Assembly: GCF_001194135.2 (NCBI RefSeq)
Contig: NC_068999.1
Location: 990,935-1,054,934, forward strand
DNA: 64,000 nt
From: Octopus bimaculoides
Lineage: Eukaryota
Reading direction: 5' to 3'
The notes below the pieces were generated by a model. It was not told where the DNA came from. It searched no databases and worked only from the letters and a program-made list of their open reading frames with translations. Below are positions 54,254 to 64,000 of the stretch, piece by piece (positions within the stretch are counted from its first letter, which is position 1; every line of letters begins with the position of its first letter). The translations under genes were made by a program, and so were the position numbers.

Positions 54254-56149
54254 TTTATTCTTTGCAAACAATACACAATGCTTCAAGCGAACTACAATAC
54301 TCTCCTATTATACTTCAAAAACATTACAGAAAGGCAAATTAATAGCAGTATTGTTGCCGAGATAATGTCCTTTATCGACATTCTGCGTTTAAAAAAAAAT
54401 AAAGTATTAACAGTAGCTTAAGATCGGCAACAACGGTGGGTGAGAATCTTTGCCAGTACCATATAGCACTATCCATCGCATGGATAGTAAAATAAAATGC
54501 GTAATTGAAAAATTACTTTTCTTAACCCGGAGGAGAAAAAAAAGTTATGTCAAACAAGAGCAATGTCTCTTTCAAATAGATGTCTCTGTATTAAAGTTAA
54601 TGCGATTACCTCCTGAAAAGGCAAATTTAACTGCAGTAATAGCCCCGAGATAATAAGTCTCAAGAACGTGCTGTATTTAAGAACACAAGTATGTCAGTAA
54701 TATGATTTCATTCAGCTGGGCTTCTATTTGCAACATCAGTGATAGCTCAGTCAATTTGGTCTTCTAGAAGTAGCGACGCACTTTGACATTAGCAGCTGGC
54801 AGTGACTTATGTGCTGCCGAAAATGTGCTACATGTGTCAAAATGGTAGAAATGTACATGGACTCACCTACTGGCGTATTTTCGTCTGTTACTGATATGTT
54901 TATATTTTTAATCACTGTGCATCAATAACAGATATTACCTTCGGTGTAGTATGCGGATAATTTTCCTTTTGGTAACGTATTTGCATTAAGTAAAGTATGC
55001 TAAAAAGATGTCCTCTTTCTCTATATATACATATACCATGCTCATTATGTAAGCAAAATTGTGTACTATATACATCTATATATATATAAAACCACATATA
55101 TATATATATATATATAACCTTAATGTAGCAAATAGATATCCATATATATCATGCCTTCCTCATTACGATATCAATTCACGTATATACAGTTATACACGCC
55201 GTCAGTTGTTAGCCCTAAATCACCCCTATACAAATGCACGTGGCGTATGTCATTTCTCACAGAACAAACACACATACTCAGACATAAACACGCACACGCA
55301 CACCAACACCTACCCACACAGACGCATATACATAGATACACTAACATACACGCAGTCATACACACAGAGAAGAGAGACAGATACACAGATATTATTCACA
55401 CTTAAAAAGAAGTTCATTTTGCCAAGAAGTTTTCTTCAATATTCTTTTTTTTATATATTTCATGCTTCTTGTTTTTGCATCATTTTTTGCATGATCTTTT
55501 TTTTATTTTCTCATATGTTTATTCTCCATGTCTTTGGAATATTTTCATGTTCTTCCAAGCCTTGATATTAACCTTTTATAGAGATATGAAAGTTCGGTTG
55601 AGTAATTCTTAGCTAACCCAAGTCGTTTCTTTTAAAAATGTCTAAGCCAACCAAATGCATTCATTAATGATATTTAACTTTCTTACATGGAATATTTATT
55701 TGGCTTCTTTTCTATGATATCTTCGTGACTTGTATACCGAAAGATCACAGTTTGTATAGAGAAAAAAATATACCATTTACAGAATATATTTCTCGTATCA
55801 ATGGTGTCATTTTTTATTTTTATACATTTTTATTTTGCATATTTATTCGTTTCTTTTTGTTTAGATGTATTCATCGATCCAGAAAGTAATCGCTGCTTTA
55901 TATCAAACTCTAACCTGAATGGCATTCCCCATAACAAAGATGGCTGCGAAACGGAGATATATTTGTGAGTGTGCGCGCGCGTGGGTGTATGTGTACATAC
56001 GTATATATAATTATACATTCATGTATACATACAGACACACATATATACATAAATCACATCCCTACGTCAGATTGAACGAACCATAACTTTTGTTGCTATT
56101 TTTATATAGCAGCTTCTACTGTTTGCCCCATAAACATTTGCGTATCCAT

Positions 56150-56480
56150 ATGAAAGTTGACATAGAAATCAGGCTGTGTTGATACATAGGGTGTATCTCA
56201 AGGAATGGACAGTGACCCCTACTGTCCTTTCCTAGAGATGAATCTACCAAAATCTTGGGGAGGTCAATATGGTTGGGTAATGGTTTAATCCACCTACTAG
56301 AGCAAGGGAGATAATTCTGCATGTAATATTTCATAAACTTTATGAATTATTTGGACATACCAAACTCCTTGTATCCAATACTGGAAACATTCTAGAACTA
56401 AGAAATTGATGAAAAGGAATTTTTGTAATGCAATGGTAACTTTTGGCAGGCTTTGATATTATTGAACCTCCTTAAGTAAG
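56150..56480 (+). mobile_element. Possible highly decayed LTR-retrotransposon integrase remnant
   Basis: LYELFGHTKLLVSNTG..EFL.CNG loosely resembles LFA.FG.P..LVSDNG..EF...NG; many stops. Confidence 0.22.
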
Positions 56481-56934
56481 CATAATATTAATTAAACATG
56501 TACAAATTTGATATACTCCACGCACTTCGTGCTTGTCTTGAGGTTTTCAGAAACAACGAGACAACTATTATGTGGTTGTTTGAGATGGTAGAGAAGCAGC
56601 AGAATAGTTCTCATACAATGCCTTACTTTATTAAGAATGGATGATACATTTATTAGGTATTGCAGTTTCAAAGGAATCCACACAAAAAAAAGGAAAGAGA
56701 ATATCAATAAAGATAGGATACAAGAGAAGGGAAGCCATGAAACCTATTTACTGAAGCTGTCCCATCATCAAATATTAAATTTCAAAACTCCAGTAGAATC
56801 TTATATGGTCACTCGCCTAATTTGAATTTATCTCTCAAATGAAACCATTCCATCTCGAGGAGATGGGGAAATTATATTATATAATCGTACAGACTTCTAA
56901 TAAATATGATGAGCATAGTCAGTGTGTGTCTGTG

Positions 56935-57125
56935 TATTTATCTTGATCACCGGTCGAGAACTGGTATTGGTGCATATACATCCTCGTAACTTAGTTCTTC
57001 GGCCTAAGTGGCCGATAGAATAATTACCAGGCTTTGAAAATTTACTCGGGGATCGATTCATTCGACAAAAAAAGTTTCCACTTGGTGTCTCAACATGGCA
57101 CAGTCTAATGATTGAAGCAAGTTAA
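56935..57125 (+). mobile_element. SINE 3' body (gtaacttag..ccgatagaataa..gggatcgattcattcgac..catggc.cagtc..gaagcaag)
   Basis: Tail shared with 40300-40395. Confidence 0.7.
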
Positions 57126-57544
57126 TATAAAAATAACATAAATAATATAGATATAAAAAATGATATCAGAGCTGACTGCGAAACATTGCCAGACAAATAA
57201 AGTTTTTTATTAGAAATATCAGGACATTTTCACGTGGGCACTTTTGGCTGCACGCAACCTGCTGCGTTATTCTTGGTATTTTATTTAGTTATTTATTTGC
57301 TCATATTTTTTCAAATTGTGAAGGTAATTTGAGGAACCGCTTATAAATGACTTTGTTCTCTGTGCCAGTGAGATGTGAAATTGTACCGTCAACATCAGTA
57401 CAAAACTAGATATATTCCAGCGAAGACACGTGAGGAGGATTCTGTGGACTTACTAGGAAAACCAAGTAATTAATGAAGATATTCTAAAAGAGAGTCAGCC
57501 TAGATCTTTTAGTGAAATCATCACAGAACGAAGATTAAAACAAG

Positions 57545-57790
57545 GAGGTCACATACTACAGAGAAGTGGACACCACCGGCGGATACAAGAGAGGACGACC
57601 GAAAAGTACACTGTGTTGAGCACTCATAAACGACACGAGAGCGGTCCCAATCACATGAACGGATGTGATATAAACTGCAACTAACAGAAACTAGTATTGT
57701 CAAAACTGGACTACCTCCGATCATAGTTTTACTCAATGACTGCTGACCTTGGGCTAAACAACAACGAAAATGAGTAGACTTAAAAGGTAA
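57545..57790 (+). mobile_element. RTE-like LINE 3' end
   Basis: WTPP...KRGRPKST...NDTR...IT*TDV..ATNR.* resembles the RTE C-terminal W.P..G.R.RGRPK.TW...D.....W......DR..W; ends ctgaccttgggctaaacaacaac. Confidence 0.65.
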
Positions 57791-60700
57791 AATTCTTCAA
57801 CATAGTTCTTAGAACTAAATTTAATCGATATTTCTATTCGTCCTTTAAAAAAAGAAATAATAATCTAAATGTGATTATTTTCGTATTATTTACTTTTACA
57901 CAATCTTCGCACATATGAACTAAATCGATTTCTTTATATCGGTGTAAGGCCAGAAATTTATGTTTGATGAGAGAGAAGATTGTGTTAAATTAATGACTTT
58001 ACCCAGGGTATTATCGATAGAAAATCACCCCAGCAGAGCAGAGCTTTCAAAGTGAATTGTGGACTTACTTTGCCGCCAGCGGTTTTCTTTTATTTTATTT
58101 GAACACTTAATAAGCAATTTCTGTAGCAATTACTTTCTTCCATTACTTCGTATGATAAAGAAGAGGTGATGAAGTGACTGATAATAATGTGTCCCTGAAT
58201 TGCTTTCTCACTCCGTTTCATTTTCAATTTACGATGTCCCCACTTGTGTAGATTAAAATTCTCCTAGAAATACAACACGAAAATAGAGATTTATTTTTAA
58301 CCCCTACAAAAGCAAGACATAAATATATTCTGTTTTGTTGAACTTGTTGAGTATATCCAAATGCGTTCTGATCAAGAAAACTTATTTACGTGAAAACAAT
58401 CCGAGCATGACCACTTCGACTATCAGGAACAATGTTACCCAGGTTATAACTCCCAAGTTTTTCGTTCATTGAAAATCTGTTTAAGAGTGCCTAAGGAAAT
58501 GCATTTAGCTGATACATGCAACAGCACAATCGAATATTTAGAATCATCGTTGATGGAATTTTTCAATGCAATCCATCCATGACCATACAGTTTTCCTTTT
58601 TAACAGTATATGTAGGAAACCGTTGCCCTGCGTTTAAAATAATAGGTATTTTGATTGGGAGTTTAATACGGCATATGTTTCAAAGATTACGAGTACAAAT
58701 AATTTCCTCAACGTAATATACATACAAACATATATGTGTATTATATTAAAGAGGTCAAAATGTATTTCAATAGCGACAATTTCTTAAAAAATTGTAGATA
58801 TTTCCATTGGTGAATGTTAAAAATGCATTATTGAGTAGAGGTGGTGAAATATTTTCAGTAAAAAGCGCAGGATTTCAAATGTGCTCAATTAGTGTTCATT
58901 CCGCGTATATGTAGCTTTAGCTGTCATCCGATTATACTGTAACATGTGCAATTGCATTCTGCATGTCGATAGATTATAGCAGGTTTAGTTTTATTAACTA
59001 GCTTCCACATTGGTGCAAGCTATTGGTCAAGGTAACAATCCCGATGTAATTTTACATCACTTTCAAAGATCTCCATAGAATTCTAGAAGTTACTTTTTGT
59101 GTTTTTTCGAAATCAGGAAACAAGACGTATGGACATTTCTGTCAATTAGGATTGAAAAATGATACATGTAAACAAAAAGTTTCTCCTGTATGTTCACTTA
59201 TTTCAGTCTTAATCCATCCACCTTCCTATTTTTTATTCACAGATATGATTTAGTTGTTGTTGTTACTGTAGTTTACCAAGTTAAACTTTTTCATCTGCTT
59301 TAGTTGTCCTTCCTGGTATCTACACATGCCTGCAACAACCCCAAATAGAGCCCATTAGAAAGTTACTAATTTTAAAACCGATTACAATATCTTCAGCTTT
59401 GACGAAAGTTTCTCATTAATATATTCCTTCACGGCTTCCTAGTCTGTTATGTAATTTTGTTTATCATAAAGCTTTTCTTCCTGTAACTTTTTCAAGTTTG
59501 AGTTTTTTGAAGAAATCCAGTCACACAAAATATATTTACACTCTCTTAACTTCGCATTGCTTTGAAATATACATTGTCGCAGAGCAAAAACTCTAGAGAC
59601 CGTATCTTTGTAAGGTGTCAGTCTTTTCACACATTGTAGCCGAATGTTTGACATATTGAAACGTCTCGTTTGTACTGATTCGGAAGGAAATTTTATCTCA
59701 GAAGCTCCCAGCTTTCAAGTCTCACGAGTTACATCGCCTTATACAACTCTTTTAAAAAGTATAACCTGTCAAATAGTTTTTATCATTGTTTCATCGTATG
59801 TATTATAATGCACATATGCATATATATATACATGTTTATGTATAGGCATACATATATGCACATATGTGTATATANNNNNNNNNNNNNNNNNNNNNNNNNN
59901 NNNNNNNNNNNNNNNNNNNNNNNNNNNNNNNNNNNNNNNNNNNNNNNNNNNNNNNNNNNNNNNNNNNNNNNNNNNNNNNNNNNNNNNNNNNNNNNNNNNN
60001 NNNNNNNNNNNNNNNNNNNNNNNNNNNNNNNNNNNNNNNNNNNNNNNNNNNNNNNNNNNNNNNNNNNNNNNNNNNNNNNNNNNNNNNNNNNNNNNNNNNN
60101 NNNNNNNNNNNNNNNNNNNNNNNNNNNNNNNNNNNNNNNNNNNNNNNNNNNNNNNNNNNNNNNNNNNNNNNNNNNNNNNACATATACACATATGTGTGTA
60201 TATTGATTCATTTAGTTACTGCCTGAACATGGATGTTTTATTTTGGTTATCTAAAAGTCGTGGTTCTTTTGAAACTTTGCAGCAAATGAGCAAACCAATG
60301 GCAAAATATCAAACATACTCCGTTTCCAACACTATATAACAGGTGAAACAATGAACATAAAAAAAGAATTTCACTTTGTTGATAAACACCAAAGAGAATC
60401 TATATGCAGAACCTAAGTTCATGTTAGCTAACATGGAGGATGGGAGATGGAAAATATAAAAAGAAAATAAGAAATAAATTGCAGGATAAGACAATCATCA
60501 AATATAATAAAGAAATTCAGGACTCTATGAAGATTGGGCTCGTAAATATACATACGCACATACATACATACATACATACATACATACATACATACATACA
60601 TACATACACACACACAGAGACACATACACACACACATATATACACATCTCTCTCCCCATATATGTGCCTCTATGTTTGTGTATGTGTGTGTATGTATGTT

Positions 60701-60889
60701 AATAGGCTTTTTTGCGTTTTTATATTTTGTTTGCACGATTCTTGATGTGAATTCATGTGTCGAAAGAAATATTGTTGCTTCTTGGAAGGGTCATTACGCC
60801 AACAATGACAAGCACGCTAGTTCACTTCCACTTCTTTGTCATTAATCAGCTGAGTACATATCGAACCAACTGACTAATCGATCATTTGT

Positions 60890-61330
60890 CTAATGCGCTA
60901 GTTGTTGTGGCTACGACGGAAGATATAGAGCCAGAGAGTGGGTTAGAAAATTATTAGACAACAAGAGAAAGGTGCCACTGAAATCTACCCTAGATACCGG
61001 AACAAACATTGGATTAGTACACAAAGGGCTTGTGATAAGCAAACGTAGCAAACTCATGGTAGGTAGCAGATAAATATCGTTGAGAGTTGGTTGTAGAAGC
61101 CACACTTCATGGAGTGTTAGCCTGTAGGTTTAGGAAGGCTCAGACGGTCCTCAAACACAAAATTAAGATCGCTGATAAACCAGGGACAGCCATTAGATCA
61201 TACTTATGAAACGTACCCCTTTAGGAAGACCACATGCACTGAGAGGAACTGTGTGCTATGTACATTTAATCCTAGGAAGGTGCTCTACAGCATAAAGTGC
61301 ACGGTGGGCAATTGTCAAGACAGGAATAGA
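60890..61330. mobile_element. Unclassified interspersed-repeat-like segment (possible retroelement)
   Basis: Higher GC than the flanks; plus frame has LDTGTNIGLVHKGLV, like an aspartic-protease DTG motif, but the frame closes quickly. Confidence 0.25.
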
Positions 61331-61758
61331 GTATATTTTGCGGATTGTTTCTAGGAGTTTGGCGGAGTATTGGATCGAATTGACATCCATATTTTGTCGA
61401 AACACGCAAGAGACCGTTCATGTAGACAAATACGGAAAAATGTCCTCATGAACTACTCGTAGGAAATAAAATATGCGTAGCATGTAGCCGAACTTCAGTG
61501 CCGCTATTACCGCCCACGCAATATGCATACATAGGTACGTCAGTGAGTGTAGGCAGGTGAGTAGGCTGCAAGACAGTTATTTAGAGGATAGGTTTGAAAT
61601 AGTAGCAGACCGCAAGTAAGGCCATACGGATAAATGGACAGGAACAGTATAATTCTGATTCACATCTACACACATCCACGTGGACTCACGGAGTGGGAGC
61701 ATAAAGACACACAAATAAACACTTTTACGGGAACAGAAAAACATATAAACACGCGCAC

Positions 61759-61824
<66 letters not shown>

Positions 61825-62502
61825 CACCTGTACACACACACTCGCAGACGCACATGTCGATAGAGTAATGAACGTATAGGATTTCATCCTCTAGATTTAA
61901 AAGTAGCGTAAATAATCTTCTGATAAGCTTCGGGTATATACCTTATAGCAGACACTGTATTCGTCACAAATGATGCTGCAGAAGTATAATTGTTACGAAA
62001 GAGAGAATAGTTCACTTTGGTGTAAAATAACGATAAGCAATTAGCAATCGATAAGTAAGTTAAACCTACATCAATACTCAGAATCCATTCCAGGAGATGT
62101 TAAGTGCAAGTTTTCGGTCGGGAATTAGGCAGATACGAAATCGCAATAATTATATGGTTAGTAATAAAATACTATTTTAGGCTTGTTCCTATGTCATTAA
62201 AACATCACTGTTTTCTTAAGTAGAGAGTCATGTGATTCCACTGTACATTTGTCACCAAATTTCCATTTTCTAGTATATATTCAATTTCAAAAACGTGCTT
62301 CTTTCTTTCACTGTTTCAAAATGAATACGTATGGGAATATAATCTACTTTGTAACTAGTGTTAGTCAGTTCAATAACATTGTTAGTAGCAGACACGTTCT
62401 TGGGTAAGAAATTAGAATCCACATAATTTGCACGATCACATTTTGTGATAATTTCGTCACAAATTATATACACTTTATCTAATTAAAAATTAATTCCACT
62501 AT

Positions 62503-62536
<34 letters not shown>

Positions 62537-62869
62537 TTAAATAAGTGGTAGTGTCTATGCTGAGGTCGATGACTTTCGCACGAAAGTTACTTCATAGATT
62601 GTATCCGCAGATGAAAAGTTCTTTTTTTTTTTATCTATTTTGATTGTAATGATAATTAAAATTGGCGTATAGACCTCGGCAATAGATTTTCTTTTCTTTT
62701 ATAGAGTTCAGTTTCTTCCGCATTATACTGTTATTGTACAAAAGATGTACTACTTTTTGTCAAGTAAAACATTCAAATTTTTTCAATGAATGTTGATGGA
62801 AATAAAAATCGGATTGAGACCTCTGTAAGTTTAACCTGGCCAGTTTTTTCGTAGCTATATTCGTCTTTA

Positions 62870-63066
62870 TTCCACTCTAGGCAAAATTTTCTGGGAGAGG
62901 GACAATCGATTAGATAGACCCCAGTACGCAACTGGTACTGAATTTATCAACCCCGAAAGGATGAAAAGCAAAGTCGACGTCGGCGCAACCCTGAACGTAA
63001 AGACAGACGGAATACCGCTAAGCATTTTGCTCGGTGTGCTACCGTTTCTGCCATCTCGATGCCTTC
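62870..63066 (-). mobile_element. SINE family A, near full length
   Basis: gaccccagtacgcaactggtact..atcaaccccgaaaggatgaaaagcaaagtcgac..gaacgtaaagacagacggaataccgctaagcattt..ccgtttctgcca. Confidence 0.85.
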
Positions 63067-64000
63067 TTTCTGTAATCATATTAGCAATGTTCTTAACATT
63101 TCAATTGGTGAAAACAAAGTCATTCCTCCTTTCTCGATTCAGGCAGAGTACATATTAAATGGCAATACATTTGTGACTCTGAAATATCTGTTTATGATAC
63201 AAAACGCTTTTCGACGTTCAGACAAATTCGGAAGAAAAGATTACGATGCAACTGTTAAGCACCTGTGGTGTCTGCGTGGGGCAAAGTAACTCCGACGTTT
63301 ACTTTACTTGATATGTAATTATTATATAGGGAAAACACATGGATTTGTGCAATTAGATTCCATGGTATTTGTTATCTCTATATACATTCAATTCAATTAT
63401 TAAAAAAAATATCATACAATCGTCTTAGGCATACTAAAATAAACAGTTCTGCCGTATTATTGTTAAATATGCCGAAGTACTATCGGGAGGAGGAAATAGT
63501 TGCCTGGAAGGTATGTAGGGAGCGATGCCAGTAAATTCTGATTTATAATAATTCTATTGGTAACAAAAGTTGGTCTGTAATATTTTCTCTCCAGGTACTT
63601 ACTCCTACCTCTCGCTATACAACTCTCTGCCTTCGGAAATAAATTGAATACAAGTACAAAAAAAGAAGCAGCAATACACAGCGAAGCGTTTTATGCACAA
63701 AGAAGTTAAGTTGTGCCAACTAAAACGACATCTTTTGAACATACATTATCTTTCAGATAAGAATATTGCCGGAGGGGGTGGGGAGGATAGCAAAATGTTT
63801 TGGGTATTTAAAGCAGTTATTGTCATTAGACTACAACTTAAATAAACCATACACACACACATAGACACACACGCACACACACATGAACACACACTAACAC
63901 ACGTACACAAGAACAAATATGAAAATGCGGTGTACGTGTGCGTGAGTGCGTGTGTGCGCGTGCATGTAACTTTATACATATATATATATATATATATATA

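Noticed and set aside
54060-54365. 101-aa plus-strand ORF
   Set aside because: Largely antisense to the mariner transposase C-terminus.
59439-59715. ~90-codon open minus frame; similar ones at 9543-9800, 36034-36240 and 36528-36770
   Set aside because: Open frames of this length are expected several times by chance in 64 kb x 6 frames; no motif or clear splice pair.

Overview
AT-rich animal (non-prokaryotic) genomic DNA from a gapped short-read-style assembly: 15 N-gaps, most abutting (AT)n tracts. The SINE and microsatellite make-up resembles what I recall from octopus/cephalopod genomes; this is an inference, not a database match. No long, recognisable protein-coding gene is visible, and almost all of the supplied ORF track is microsatellite or gap artefact. 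The window holds dense simple repeats, many tRNA-derived SINE copies, decayed Tc1/mariner transposase fragments (including a fold-back pair of 3' ends), an RTE-like LINE 3' end and several low-confidence splice-flanked micro-exon candidates (best: a minus-strand chain at 26.2-29.9 kb). The standout is a 510-bp spacer-less palindrome (28019-28528, one mismatch). Each arm carries a type I hammerhead-ribozyme (HHR) fold, so there is one ribozyme motif per strand. Related HHR-like motifs lie at about 13.2, 43.1, 46.6 and 50.5 kb, and their helix III sequences differ but always remain palindromic. This points to Penelope-like/retrozyme-type elements with dimer-dependent minimal hammerheads.
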